Positions 24,834-39,600 of a stretch of 64,000 nt of DNA are shown here, in pieces (the first letter of the stretch is position 1; each line of letters begins with the position of its first letter). The notes beneath the pieces are model-generated. The model did not search any database. It worked only from the letters and a program-made list of their open reading frames with translations, and was not told where the DNA came from. This stretch comes from Leucoraja ocellata (lineage: Eukaryota). The DNA is taken from positions 8,122,001 to 8,186,000 of the forward strand of contig JAWMAR010000030.1 of NCBI GenBank assembly GCA_036785375.1, in the 5' to 3' direction. Position numbers and translations under genes: made by a program.

Positions 24834-25285
24834 GTAAGTTTTTTAGTGTTTTTGTTCCTGGTTCCCAATTTTTGCCTTTGGTCGCTGAATGCATTTTCAT
24901 AAAGCAACTAATAAAGTTGCTTGTAAATACTGAAATATAAAAGGCACTAACTTTGCGCTAAGTACATAATTAGATGATTCATTGTCAGCTCTGATTTTTA
25001 TAATATTATTTCCTCAAATAAAAAGTTAATCTAGTCTATCGAAATTCCAAATATGACCTTTCAAATGTAAATCAAAAATGCACCGAAAAATCATTATGGC
25101 AAACTAGTTTTGAAATGATTAAAGAACTTTTCTGGAAAAATAGTAATGGGTAATAATGTGCTCCCTATGCTTTCATCTGCAAAGCCATGGCAATCTTGAA
25201 TTCCTTCTATAATCCCATCTGCCTCTTGCTTTCTTGTTTAAGATGCTCTTTCTGACCTATTCTTCCACCTAACCATTGGCCATTT

Positions 25286-26870
25286 GTACTCCACAATTTA
25301 AGATTTTGTAATAGAAAAAAATCACATGTGGTTAAAGTGCACATTGTCAGATTTTATTAAAGGGTATTATACATTATGGTTTCACCATGTAGAAATTACA
25401 TCTGTGTTTATACATAGCCCCCCCATTTCAGGGCACCTTAATGTTTGGGACTCATGACTTTGCAGGTGTTTGTAATTGCTCAGGTGTGTTTAATTACTTC
25501 CTTCATGTAGGTATAAGAGCTCTCAGCAACTAGTCTTTTCCCCAGTCTTTCCATCACCTTTGGAAACTTTTATTGCTGTTTATCAACATGAGGACCAAAG
25601 TTGTGCCAATGAAAGTCAAAGAAGCCATTATGAGACAGAGAAACAAAAATAAAACTGTTAGAGACATCAGCCAAACCTTGGGCTTACCAAAATCAACTGT
25701 TTGGAACATCATTAAGAAGAAAGGGAACACAGGCGAGCTTACTAATCGCAAAGGAACCAGCTGGCCAAGGAAGACCTCTACAGCTGATGACAGAATCATT
25801 CTCTCTATAATAAAGAAAAAAAAAACAAACACCTGTCTAACAGATCAGAAATGCTTCAGGAGTCAGGTGTGGATTTGTCAATGACCACTGTCCGCAGTAC
25901 ACTTTATGAACAGAAATACAGAGGCTACACTGCAAGATACAAACCACTGGTTAGCTGCAAAATAGGATGGCCAGGTTACAGTTTGCCAAGAAGTACTTAA
26001 AAGAGCAACCACAGTTCTGGAAAAAGGTCTTGTGGACTGAGGAGACGAAGATTAACTTATATCGGAGTGATGGCAAGAGCTAAGTATGGAGTAGACAAGG
26101 AACTGCCCAAGATCCAAAGCACACCACTTAATCTGTGAGACACAGTGGTGGGATGTTATAGCCTGGGCATGTATGGCTGCTTAAGGTATTGGCTCACTTA
26201 TCTTCTTGATGATACAACTGCTGATGGTAGTAGCATAATGAATTCTGTGTATAGACACATCCTATCTGCTCAAGTTCAAACAAATGCCTCAAAACTCATT
26301 GGCCGGCGGTTCATTCTACAGCAAGACAATGATCCCAAATATACTGCTAAAGCAACCAAGGAGTTTTTCACAGCTAAAAATGGTCAATTCTTGAGTAGCC
26401 AAGTCAATCACCCGATCTGAACCCAATTGAGCATGCTTTTTATATGCTGAAGAGAAAACTGAAGGGGACTAGCCCCCCCCCCCCAAACCAAGCAGAAGCT
26501 AAAGATGGCTGCAATACAGGCCTAGCAGAGCATCACCAGAGAAGACACCCAGCAACTGGTGATGTCCATGAATCGTAAACTTCAAGCAGTCATTGCATGC
26601 AAAGCATATGTAACAAAATACTAAACATGACTACTTTCATTTACATGACATTGCTGTGTCCCAAACATGGTGCCCTGAAATGGGAGGATTATGTATAAAC
26701 ACTGGTGTAATTGCTCAATGGTGAAACTAAAATGTATAAAAATGGCCTTTATTAACATTTGACAATGTGCTCTTTAATCATATGTGATTTTTTTTCTATT
26801 ACAAATCGTGGAGTACGGAGATAAATAAATAAATGATGGGTCTGTGTCCCAAACATTATGGCGGGCACTG
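25286..26870 (+). mobile_element. Tc1/mariner IR/DR transposon, defective, left end truncated
   Basis: Frameshifted transposase ~25588-26624 (HTH RDISQTLGLPKSTVWNIIKK; QQDNDPK; SPDLNPIE); ~200-bp inverted repeats; right end gggcactg|TA. Confidence 0.9.
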
Positions 26871-26958
26871 TATACTTATCTTCTGTTTTGTTTGAAAACT
26901 GCTTGGGAACTTCAGCAAAATTAAAGTCACATTATAAATTTAGAATATTCTCAATATT

Positions 26959-27324
26959 TAGAAACTTACAAAATTCTTAAGGGGTTGGACAGGCTAGATG
27001 CAGGAAGATATTTCCCGATGTTGGGGAAGTCCAGAACAAGGGGTCACAGTTTAAGAATAAGGGGGAAATCTTTTAGGACCGAGATGAGGAAAACATATTT
27101 CACAGAGTGGTGAATCTCTGGAATTCTCTGCCACAGAAGGTAGTTGAGGCCAGTTAATTGGCTATATTTAACAGGGAGTTAGATGTGGCCCTTGTGGCTA
27201 AAGGGATATGGAGAGAAGGCAGGTACAGGATACTGAGTTGGATGATCAGCCATGATGATATTGAATGGCGGTGCAGGCTCGAAGGGCCTAATCCTGCACC
27301 TATTTTCTATGTTTCTATGTTTCT
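26959..27324 (+). mobile_element. CR1 LINE 3' end
   Basis: KILKGLDRLDAGKIFP...RTRGHSLRI...VVNLWNSLPQKVVEA; (ttctatgt)n tail. Confidence 0.85.
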
Positions 27325-27576
27325 AAATGGGAATTATTGCATAAAGTAATCTTCCAATTTGAAAGAGTAAATGATGCATTAAAGTATTTTTTGAAGTATA
27401 CTTACAAGTGCTGGTCCCATGCATTTATTTTACCTTTTTCATTTTAAGATGTTATTAAATCTGTATTATGATGCCCTACCCTCCCACATGTTGAACTATG
27501 CAAATAGAGTTCCAGTTAGGTATTCATCAGTTTAACCACTTTAAGCAGATCTACCAATAGCCTATGAATCTTCTGA

Positions 27577-27690
<114 letters not shown>

Positions 27691-29290
27691 TAGTAATTTG
27701 TAATTTAAAACATATATATAGCTATCTGCTTTGATTGAGATTTGATTTATAATGCTGTACTTTGTCATGCGTGAGGAATCTGCTTGAAATATAATATTGT
27801 GGCATTCAAAACAAGTGAAATATTAACATGCACACATTGACACTTTTGAATAACAATCTCATTTTAGAAATATTTCAAAATTTCATCTAGTTCGATTTCA
27901 TATTATACCCCAATATCCTCTTTGCAGAGTAGTCATCGTGGGAGAACAAGGCAATAATGTATAGAAATATCAAAGCCAACATGCCTCTAATCTATATTTT
28001 AATTGCAATTCAACAAGAGTTCTATGGTCAATGCATATTTTACTACTTATTCAGCTGTGTGGAGCTGTAGAAGTAACCATATGGCACACTTGCCTTCATA
28101 TCTTGCCTTCAAAATATTGAGATTGAGTTGGGACGTCATTACAAAATGTGAGTGAGACCATACTGGGAGTAATGCGTGCCGTTCTGGAATCCTGGTTATC
28201 AGAAGGATGTCATTCAGATAGAAAGAATATGGAAAAGGTTCTTGAGCATGTTACCCAACAGCTTTACTTGCTCAGAAGACTACGGAATTCAGCTTGTCTC
28301 TAATGAATTACCGATTTCAAAGGTGCAGCGTAGAAAGCAAATTATCAAATGCATCACAGCTTTTATGGAAGTGCTCTGCTTTGCAAAAGACTAAGAAATT
28401 GCAGAGTTGTGCACACAGCCCAGTCCATCATACAAATCAGCCTCTTCCCATCTCCACTCTCCCCCACCCCATCCCTATTGATTTCATCTACACTTCACAC
28501 TGTCTTCAATGGCATGTTATCCATTTGATAAATGTGCCTTATTGTTTTTGTTTGTGCAAGTTGCAACACCAGAGAGCCTGCAGACCTACACATGGTTAAC
28601 TTTGTTCCAAATTGGTTGTAAATTTAGTATTGCCCAGTAATATATGAGCAGATGTGACATAAATCCAATTAAGATCCTCTTTGAAACTTCCTAAAGAGTG
28701 GATTGCTTTGGCAACTGCACTACCCAAGACACCACAAGAAATTGCAGAGATGTGGAGGTAGCTCAAAATATCATGCAAACTATTTACACCATGTTTCATT
28801 GGGAAAGCAGCTGGGATGCAAAAGCTTTAAAGTACAGAACACCAGATTCAAGATAGGCTGTTATCAGACGCTCATCACCTACTTTATTGTGACCCTGGCA
28901 CTTTTTTAACCTGCACTTTATCTAGTTATAATACTATATTCTGCACTGTGGTCCATTTTTCTTTTGCATTACATGTTGTACTCATGTATGGTATGATTTG
29001 CCTGGAAAGTACATAAAGGTTTTGTTCTCTATCTTGGTGCACGTGACAATAATAAACCAATAACAAGAGGGTGAGAAGGAGATAGGTAAGCGGATGCCGG
29101 AGGCAATTGTTTTGTTACACTGTGGTAGATGCTTGGAGCATGCTGCCATTAAAACCATACTTGGAAATTATTGTTGTACTGTCCCAATATGGCGATCAGA
29201 GCATGCTCACGTAGGGTTATAATGGTTCCAGAATTTAAGAATCGAATCAGGATTTGGTCATATGCCCTACTAGGAACAGGTACTAAATGA

Positions 29291-29530
<240 letters not shown>

Positions 29531-30084
29531 TAAAATGCATTTTATGTCTAAATTGAATAATTTTGGTTTTGATTTTTTAAAACAAATATGTAAATGCTCA
29601 CTTGAAAGGTTATAATAAATATTTACCATAAATTTCCACTGACATTTATAAGACAGAAATTTGTGTGCCATCATTTGGTTTTGTTTTGGCCGGGTTTGTA
29701 TTAAGTTAAATGCAAGATGTTTATTTCTGCATAAACGGGATGTGTGAAGGGTGAAGTTAATTTTACACAGGGTGTATATAATATCTATGCAGTAGTAACC
29801 TCTAAGCGTGCATGACAAAGGTACTGCAGTAGTGACAATAATCCTGTGTTTGACATTAAAATGGCTACATCAGTTCCTTTCACCATTTGATAAGGCTGAC
29901 AGGCCCTGAACTCACCTTCTATAAGCAAATGTTATGTATGGGGGTGCCAACTTTTTGTGCTTTCCCTGAAGAAAGACTTGAACCCACAACCTCCTGACTC
30001 AGGCTATGCTATCAATTAAACTAAAATTAATATCTGTTGTGGCAGTATTAATGCCTCCAGGAAAAAGCCCAACCTTTTTTGTCC

Positions 30085-30445
30085 ATGGCTACTGATGGTG
30101 CAGGATTGGCAGGTGCAGGTGGCCTGAGTCCGGGGTTCGGCCGCGGGCCAGCAGCTGCTTCTACAGGACTGGCGGGCGGCAGCTTCAACCTCCCCGGGCC
30201 GCGGTGTTTGAGCCGCGGGACTGTTCTTAACATCGCCCGGGGGGGGGGTATCGCCCCAGCGCAGAGGGAGAAGAGGAGGGAAGAGACTGCGACCTAAGAC
30301 TTTTGCCTCCATCACAGTGAGGAGATGCTGGGTGGACTCACTGTGGTGGATGTTAATGTGTGTTTATTGTTGTTTTATTGTATGTATGACTGCTGCAATT
30401 TCGTTCAGACTAAGTCTGAATGACAATAAAAGGCTATCTATCTAT
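30085..30445 (+). mobile_element. GC-rich non-autonomous LINE/SINE-like element with Rex/Babar-type tail
   Basis: GC-rich head, then gacttttgcctccatcacagtgagg...ctgtggtgg...atgacaataaa(tcta)n. Confidence 0.5.
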
Positions 30446-32550
30446 CTGTTGGTTACAAAGTAAAAGATAAACTGCTTCATACCACCCCCGCCGCATTTTG
30501 AGTACAGTGAAGTTGACTAATGTTGTTTTGTCCTTGAGTAGTGGAAGGGGGTGCATAAGCGGACTCCAGATTGTCAATGCAGCCTCCCTGCAAATATGTT
30601 ATGCACAGCTGGGTAAGACGATGGAGGCACGAAGAAGCAATATGTTGATGTTGTTCCATCTGAAATGGCCGAATATCTTATGCTAAATTAAAATTAATAT
30701 AATTAAAACTACACTACGGTTACAAATTATTCAAATATTATTAGTGCCACATCACAGTTGTGCAGAAAGTTAGGAAAATAATGGAAGGTATTACTCCAAT
30801 AACCATGCAGTAGTTAAAATAAATAAGATGGAGGATGTTTCATCCTCTAAACTGAGATTTCAATGTTTAAGGTAAGCTAATAGTTGAAGTTCTCCTAAAA
30901 TTAATAATAAACTCTTGACTTTTGAGGTTGATTTTCATGTCATTGGACAGGACCAGTTCTCGAGCTTCAGGTTGGTCTCCAAACCAATCAAGGTAGGATG
31001 TTCAAATGCTTCTACAATGATGATCATCCACTTTTAACATATGCTGGTGCCTTGAAAGACACCACCATTGGTATCCACTTCCTTTTCTTTGGCATATCTC
31101 CGTGAGTTAGAAAATCCCTGATCCACCAAATAAATGTGAATGAATGTAACCATTAACATTATTTTCAGATGAAATTAAGCCTAAGAATGAATATTTCCCT
31201 GTTATAAAATCTTAATTTGTGCAGTTTTTGTTAGTGGACAGGAATTATGAGCAGTACCTCAATTCAAAATCTGAGCAGTTTTAGAGTTGAATCTGTTAAC
31301 TACACTGTTGTAGATTAACCATGTTGGCATGGAAATTAGGTCATCAGCAGTACTATTCCAAATGCACTTCTGTTGCTAACAAGTGTGCATTGCAGTAGTT
31401 AATGAAAACCTCAATCTAATGGAACAAGATGAGCAACCCTCCCTACTTCTACAAAACCTTCTGGCATCTCTACATAGTAATGGAGCTGAACCTCTATTCT
31501 GGATTGGGCACACCTGGAAACAAAACTGTCACCCAGATTTGATTATTTCAGGTTCAGGATGGATTACTTAATGGCCTAGAGTCTGGTTATGTACAAGGGC
31601 TGTTATGTAAGTGTTACTCCCAGAAAAGTTCACCACTGGAATAAAAAACCCGTCACTACCAACATTCTACAAATCTTGCATTGTTCAGACTGAAGATTTA
31701 TTGGTAACAACTTGATGAATCTCATAACCAAACAGAACTCTTGTTAACAATTGTGAAGTATGAAGACAAGCACGCAGACTGCTAATTCGGAATTGATAAT
31801 TTTGATGGATTTATTGTTGGATGTTTTGTTGTCACTGGACTGAAGAAAGCAGCAATGGCACAACATTTTCATCTTAATTTTTTAATCTGGATCAGTTACG
31901 CAGGAGGCTTGTATGTGGGAATTGCAAGGGATAAGAGACCCTCGGTGCAGCCAACAGCATCAAATGTTCAATGGAGGCATGGTATTAGAAATGTATGGAA
32001 GAGAATAAACATGCAGTAAATTATTTAAACATGGAAGAGAGTATCCACCAACACTACAGCTGGTAGAGCTGCTGTGTCACAATACCAGAGACCTGGGTAC
32101 GATCCAGACCTTGGGTACTGTCTGGAGTTTACATTCTCTGTGTGACTACATGGGTTTTCTCCCACATCCCGCAGGTTTGTAGGTTAATTGAACTGTAAAA
32201 TGACCTTCGAAGAGTGGATGGATGAGATAACAAAACTACTAAACTGGGCCAAAGAGCCTGTTCCAATCCTATATCTTTAAACCAAACTATGTTTAAATTT
32301 GTATCAGTGAGAAGAAAAAAATCATTAAGGAATTAAAAATGTAGTCTCGTATTTAGTGCAGGACAACCTCAGCATTCTGTGGTTGTGCTGCTTCTTGGAA
32401 ATTAAACGGGAAAGAGGTTGGTTTTAAATTGTTATAACCTACTTCAAATATTTATCCACTTTTCCCATGAAAGCGCCAGGAGTCTCCTAACAATGTCTAA
32501 AATGTGTATGTTGCATTGAAACTAACTTAATCACTAATAACTAGACTTGA

Positions 32551-32820
<270 letters not shown>

Positions 32821-34417
32821 TAATCCTTTTTTAATAACAATTTTGAAACAGCATTTTGTTCAGCAATGCAGAAAAGTGTGTTCAAAAAGTAAATGAGAAA
32901 GTGCAAAATATTTGTTCTGTTATCACAAACATGACCAGATGGTTGAAGAGTAAACTTTTGATTACATTTTTATAGCACTCCTCCCAAATAAGGAAAATGT
33001 TTTGAAATCTACTTGTGGAAAATCAGAAAACAACCTTGATACTGTGCATCTTTTGCAGGTTTTTTTTGTGATTTTACTAAAACATTGAAAGTTTAGATTT
33101 TTAAGAAAATTGTGACATTTAACAGTCTAGTGGAAAATATATCATGCTAGACAAATGACTTCATGTAATTGTGGTTAAGTATTCCTTTTGTTACGCTAGT
33201 GTATTGGTTTCACATTCTAGTGTGTAAAAGAACAACATAAAATTGAAAGCAATATTGCTGCATATATTTCCTCCAATACCATTTGCTGTGTGATTTCATA
33301 TGTGACAAGTTTTAAAAAAACTATAAAAAAAATATCTGGATGTTCTGAGGCAAGTAATTCTAAAGAAACACATGGGCTCTTTAAAGTATGTTAAATATTG
33401 TGGAAGGAGGGTCATTGTCCAATAAGACCATGAGAATAATGTGGCTGCAATTTGAACCTATAGCCTGTGCACGAGTTTCCAGTTTTACCCAAGTGGGTTT
33501 AAATGAATGATTTAGCTTTTCTATCTACCTTGGATGCTACTCTCTTGTAAGCAGTTGGATTCCCAACATCCCGTCTACACGTGCTAATCTTTTTTTAAAA
33601 TCTCAATTGTAGATAAATGGTAAAAAGTAACAAGGGCGAGTTACTGGGCATATTAGAACAAGTTATAAGATTACAAGGGAACCTAAATGGAAGTTGGCAT
33701 GAACAGTGGGCTGACCAGCTGCCTTGTGTCAGTGGAACCCTGGCTGTGCGTGACCAACTTTTAATTTCCTCTTATAATTAAAGGGCAGAGTAAAGCACAT
33801 GTTTGTTCTCTTTGTTCATTGAAGTTGTACACATGGACGATGACAACTTTTAAATAAATAAATATAGATTAATCACCTTGTCATGCACATTTGTAAAGAG
33901 ATATCAAATACTGCATATTTTGGAGGTACTCAATAAGTAGCATAAGTAGATAAGAACAGATCATAAGTCTGAAATGAAGCATCTTTTCCTAATGGAGATG
34001 TTCAAGTTGGGAAAATTATGCCATGTTGCTGAAGGAATTAAATGTAACCATAACATTTATTTGGGCTAGATGTTTAGACAAAATGTCATGTGTGCCTACC
34101 GTAATGGAACATTTAGAACTATTCTGAAATGCCGGTGCATTATTCAAGTAATTTATTAACTTGAATTCCTTGGATCGTAATTATTGTAATTCATTCAACT
34201 GAGGTCTGTTGGCCATGACACAAGACATGTTTACAGCAAGTTGACAAAATTCACCTTAAATGTTCCCAAAGATTTAACACTGCATGGTCTAGTCTGTTTC
34301 AATTGTCTTTTAGCTGGAACGTGCCATTGTGACCTTCCAGGCCCAGACAATTTGTTTCAGAATAAGATTTTGCATAAATGTGATGTATAATTTAATTTGC
34401 TTTTTCAATATAAATTC

Positions 34418-34508
34418 AATAAAGAAAGCTACTTGCTGTAACTCCTCACAGATCACCTAGTTAAATCAATAAACCACAGCTAAATTTCTTTACATTTTGA
34501 TATTTATT
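34418..34508. terminator. Candidate convergent poly(A) signals of macroH2A.2 (+) and GBF1 (-)
   Basis: + AATAAA at 34418-23 and 34468-73; - AATAAA (tttatt) at 34503-08; all retained in copy 1 (5655, 5705, 5740). Confidence 0.45.
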
Positions 34509-35794
34509 ACTGTAAAAAGTACATTTAAATTTTCTTTAAACCATTCTTTCTATATACATTACCTATGTCTACTATCCTTCCCCCATTCTCACCCAGAGAA
34601 TGTGGGACAGATCATTTAAGTTTTACCATAACCACAGAAAGTTTTGTTGCCATTTTGCACACATTAAATTAAAATCTTCGTGAAATGTACAAAATTTAGA
34701 ACAAAGTAACAAAGACTTTGAATATAGATTCTGTTGGTCTCAAATTACACAAGCTTTGGCCTTCATGCCTATTTATGTTTTGGGTCATTTACAGCTAATT
34801 CAGGCTATATGGGAAGCAAACAGGACAGGAATGTAAAGCAAGCTCAACATATCCACCGGCATTATTTTTTTTATATTACAATTTCACATCTCTAAATATA
34901 TTGGTACAAGTGAAAATCGTAACCACTGCAAATTCATTTATATTTATACACTTAATGTTTTACACTAGGTTTCCATTTAATATGCAGTATAGAAACTTCC
35001 TAGAAACTGCAGACAATTGGAAATACAAACCAAAACCATTGAACAAAAATTATTAATTGGGGTGAAAATCTAAAGTTGACAAACTTACATTTGACAACAA
35101 AAACAAGCCAAGTCCTGGGAAAGGAAATAAGCTACTATGAAATGGAACTTAACATGAGGTTTCAAAGGGTGGAATACTTTGACTATCACATTTGGGTTAG
35201 GTAAAACATCCATCCTGCTGCATGATATTTAAAAAAAATCATGCATTTTATTACTCTACAAGGTTGTTTATCTCTTGCTCTTTTGTATTATGCAACCTGA
35301 GTATCAGGGTCCTGTTGTAGCCCTTCACATTGTCACTTATCTTCTGAAAATTACTTGAAACATATCACTTAAATAAAGGGCTACTATACAGATAACTTAA
35401 TGTTAGTTTACAGCCAAAAAACACATTTTCATGTTCATTATAATGTGGCAAACAGCATTTTAGAAACATTGATAACTTGAGCAGATAATGAATAAAACAT
35501 TGCAATGCAACACAGATGGCTTTTGCCTTCGGTCGTACTCTACATTGAATGTTTGACAGTATTTGGCGCTCAATATGGCTAATGCTCCAAAAATAAATAA
35601 TGGTATCTGGAGCAATACATTCTTTGCAGTGATGGATGCATGATTTCTTCACACAAATTGAACATTAGAGTCAGTGACTGGTTCGAAAAGGTGAGAAATT
35701 ATTTTTAAAAAAGCTTGACAAAAAGAAGTATATTGTCATAATACAAAACAGAAGAACATGTTAAATAAACTGATCCTTTCCTAATCTAGAGGAA

Positions 35795-36060
35795 TTAGTT
35801 CACTTCAGATGCCGTCGACGTGTTGGCAGGACGTGGTGGGGACAACAGTGGGACAGGAGATGATGCTTCAATTAAAGCAGGATTAAGTATAATTGGTAAA
35901 GGCATAGGTGGCACACCAACTTGAAGTGATGAAGTAAGAGGGTGCAGAATTAAAGGGGACTGTACAACTGGCTGATTAACATCTGGCCCGACATTCATCT
36001 TCACTGGTGTAGAGAGCGGAGTAAGGCTGGGAGTCCCTCCAACGTGCATGTGTTCAGAAT
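35795..36060 (-). CDS. GBF1: GBF1 terminal exon
   Basis: DSEHMHVGG...SPLILHPLTSSLQVGVPPMPLPIILNPALIEASSPVPLL...SEVN*, matching the vertebrate GBF1 C-terminus. Confidence 0.92.
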
Positions 36061-36934
36061 CTGAGGACAAAAAATATAATTAACGTTCATATTTTACTGA
36101 AAATCATTTAATAGGTAAAACCAACATGCTATGATTATATTGATTATTAACAGCAGCGATTGTATTTTGAAACCTGAAGATGCTGACTTCCTGCTGAATT
36201 GCAGAGCAGGAATTTGGACATTGGTGCTAGTCTTCAGATGGAAGCACAGAAACTGAGATTTGTTTAGAGGTGTAGTGTTTGAAATATGCAAAATTGCATT
36301 AGCATTTGAGATAATAGTTCATGTTACTCAAACAAAATCTTCATTAACCAAGTGTAATTTTGGCTCCCGTTTAAGTTATGTAATGAAATGACATACCACA
36401 CTATTTAATTTTTTTTTCTTTAAGTGCTTATTTCTCCACATGATTGAGTAATTGTTGCTGGTTTTAAAAAGCGTACAGTGCTATTTACTAACTTAATTTG
36501 GTATGTTATTTCCAGGGTGCCATTTAGAAAAAAAAAGAATTTCACAGACCACAAATGGGTTCATTTGTAAAAGGTAATGTGTTAATCAAAATGATTTGGA
36601 AAGAAAAGTTTCATTTTCTCTGGAACCGCTTAAAGACTAATTTTTTTTTTTGAAGCAGTCAGAAAGCTGCATGGTCCAAAAGATCTGACCACTTGCAATA
36701 ACTTAATTTTTATCATTACTAGGTTGCCTTTCTCACTGGCTGGCCATTATTACTCAATCTACTATGATTTCCAAAATATTTTGAATCACTCCATTTACTC
36801 TGCTAAGGAATTAAATATTTGTTAAATCGTTGGCATAATTCTTTGCCCTCAAGGGTGATTGGGATTTGACACCAAATTTAGTTTAATAAAGTATTTGACA
36901 ATTTATTACTGCATGGCGAGCCAACACTATGACC

Positions 36935-37146
36935 AAGGTACACAAAAATGCTGGAGAAACTCAGTGGGTGCAGCAGCATCTATGGAGCGAAGGAAATGGG
37001 CAACGTTTCGGGCCGAAACCATTCTTCAGACGTTTCGGCCCGAAACGTTGCCTATTTCCTTCGCTCCATAGATGCTGCTGCACCCGCTGAGTTTCTCCAG
37101 CATTTTTGTGTACCTTCGATTTTCCAGCATCTGCAGTTCCTTCTTA
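36935..37146. mobile_element. Penelope terminal repeat in inverted (palindromic) arrangement
   Basis: 85-bp arms 36935-37019 / 37032-37116, 2 mismatches. Confidence 0.85.
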
Positions 37147-37385
37147 AACACTATATGCCCAAGCTCTGCTGTGGGCCTTTTACCCAAATTTCTTGATTCA
37201 TAGTGACTGGACTAAATTGTGCTGAGAGTAACAATGCCTGCAACAATTGTGATGGCAAAAAGTTGGACAACTTAAGGCAGGAAACCAGAAATCAAATCTA
37301 AAGTTCAATTTCAGCGAGTTTTTGTAATTAAAAGATGGAATATGACTTTGTACACCAAAGCCCTCCTGGCCTGAAAACTGCTCAC

Positions 37386-37526
37386 CTTTGGCACAAGCCT
37401 CTGTGGGTTTTTCTGATGCTGTAATTTGACCAGATGGATTTGTGTCTGAACCAGGGAGTATAGATGCTTGTCCACTAAAATGCTGCATTGAATTAGAAGA
37501 TGGGTCTGGTACACCAAGGACAGGAT
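37386..37526 (-). CDS. GBF1: GBF1 exon
   Basis: cag|DPVLGVPDPSS...EACAK G|gtgag; phases fit neighbours. Confidence 0.8.
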
Positions 37527-38083
37527 CTGCAAAATTAAAAATCATCAGCATTATATTTAGCTTTTTACCCAAAACATTTGCAACTCCTTTTATATTATTC
37601 CAACAACAATAACACTTCCAGAGATGCGCTGAACAATCAACGCCCATAATTTCGGAAGCATACAGTGATTAACAAACATTGAAAATATGCCCTGAAAAAG
37701 AGCAGTAAAAACACAGCACGTTACAGTACCCTTTATAACACAGAAGAACCCTGAGGGTAAACAATTAAATTGGGGAGTAAAATATAACAAATGTCACCAA
37801 ATTGTGCAGGACAAGGGAATATTAAAAGGTACAAATATTTATTGTATGTGTAGACACTGCTGATTACTATTTCAGTTTCACAATTGGCCAATATAATGGT
37901 ACTGGTTCATACCAGCTGACTCGCACCAAAAATTGTGTATGCCCACACTCATGCACGGTATGTTGACATCAACTAAAATTAATTGCATCGAGTGGATTGA
38001 AGTAAAAATCTTCCATGAACCAAAAGAATTCTCATACCGGACGGCCCCGTGTTCTTCATACTGAGGCAGCATTAGGGGACATA

Positions 38084-38121
38084 CAGTGCATTCAGAAAGT
38101 ATTCAGACCCCTTCACGTTTC
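38084..38121. mobile_element. Isolated Tc1 terminal inverted repeat fragment
   Basis: TA|cagtgcattcagaaagtattcagaccccttcac, same as the ends of 39601-41190. Confidence 0.7.
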
Positions 38122-38413
38122 CTGCCACCACTCTGCCATTTCAGGCATCTCTCATTAGCTCTACTGTATTATCTGTACTTTCACTGATATTAATTGGTCC
38201 ATTCCCAAGGGAGCTGGCTATTAATGCAAACTTCTTTTTGTTATTGATTCTGTTTTCCAACCTGACCACATCCTACTTTATATCAGTATTGCTGAAAATG
38301 TGGGATCACAATTTAATCAGCATTTCCTATTATCTTAATTTAGGAATATGCTTAATTTACATGCAAGGGGGGCATCAAATTAAAAAGTTAAACATGGAGC
38401 ATATGTTTTTCAC

Positions 38414-38591
38414 CTTGAATAACTGTTTGTTTGAAGAGTTCATCCTTTAGACGAGACAAGAAACAATCAATTCTTTCCCATGTAATCTCCCAAAGCTGGG
38501 AATAACCAGTCCTCGACTCAGCACAGTGGAAAATGCCAGCTGTATCCATGACCAGTAGCATGTTCTTTAGTGATTCTGGAATTGCTTCCAA
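38414..38591 (-). CDS. GBF1: GBF1 exon
   Basis: LEAIPESLKNMLLVMDTAGIF...LWEITWERIDCFL...LFKQTVIQ. Confidence 0.93.
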
Positions 38592-38932
38592 CTGAAAGGA
38601 AAGACATTATCAACATTCTACAGCAGAATGAAAAATGTACAAATAATAGAACATTTGTAAGCAAATTCCACTGGAATTAAGTTTTTTTCACTTGACAAGA
38701 TTTATTTTATACGTTGAGAATGAGGTGCTTCAAGGCTGGGTCTGCATGAATTCAATGTAAAACTGACTCCACTGCGTTTTTTTCAATTTTAGAGTCAACA
38801 GGTTTGGGCAAAAATATTTCCTGAGCTGTCACTCTATTGATGATTAGATCCTAAATCTGAACATTCAGAATAAATATATAACATTTAATGGTAACTAGTG
38901 AGGAAATAAGGTCAAAACCCTTGATTATCATA

Positions 38933-39418
38933 TCATATACCTATTAAAAGTCTGATCTTGTATGTGTGTTTATTTGATTGTGTGTTATTTGTTTGTATAC
39001 GCTAACGTTAACAAATTTACATATTCCGGTAGAGATATTTTCCGTGGAGTCCAAAATCGCCTCATCTCAAAAAATCATGCTTTATTTCTCGAGTTATTAA
39101 TGAAAATGTTCAAAAATCTGAAAAAACTTCGGAAAAAAAACAGTCTTGCTCGCGCTGCGAGTGAAGTCACCCCACCCCCCTTACTCGGGCCCTACCTCCT
39201 GGAGCCTGCAGCTGGGAGGATTGCGTTCGGGAACCACCTCACCACGACGCGCCCCCTCCCATCAAACGCTACCCCCCCCCCCAACCACTCAAAATCTACC
39301 CCCCTCTGCTCCCAACCCCCCGTGGCTCCCTCTCTGCTCCCCACACCACCCATGGGGGCTACGGGTGGGAGACGGGTGCATTGGGGGAGCAGACCCAACG
39401 GGTTTGCACTTGGTCTAA
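38933..39418 (+). mobile_element. Non-autonomous Helitron-like element
   Basis: A|TC 5' end, subterminal hairpin gcagaccc-aac-gggtttgc (39389-39407), 3' CTAA|T (CTRR), no TSD. Confidence 0.65.
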
Positions 39419-39600
39419 TATTTTATAAAAATGGCCTGAAGTAATTTACTGGCTGAATATTAAAGCATTTTCGTTTTTCAATAGTATATTGTACCAGATA
39501 AAGAGAATATGTAATTTTCTAATATTTTTGTTTAAACGACTAACTATGTAAGTTTGTTAATTATTTGCACTATCACAATGTGAAAAGTTGTGTGAAGCTA

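Noticed and set aside
38038-38060. Possible GBF1 micro-exon (cag|23 nt|gtatga on -)
   Set aside because: 23 nt would shift the frame; the flanking exons already join in phase; no supporting homology.
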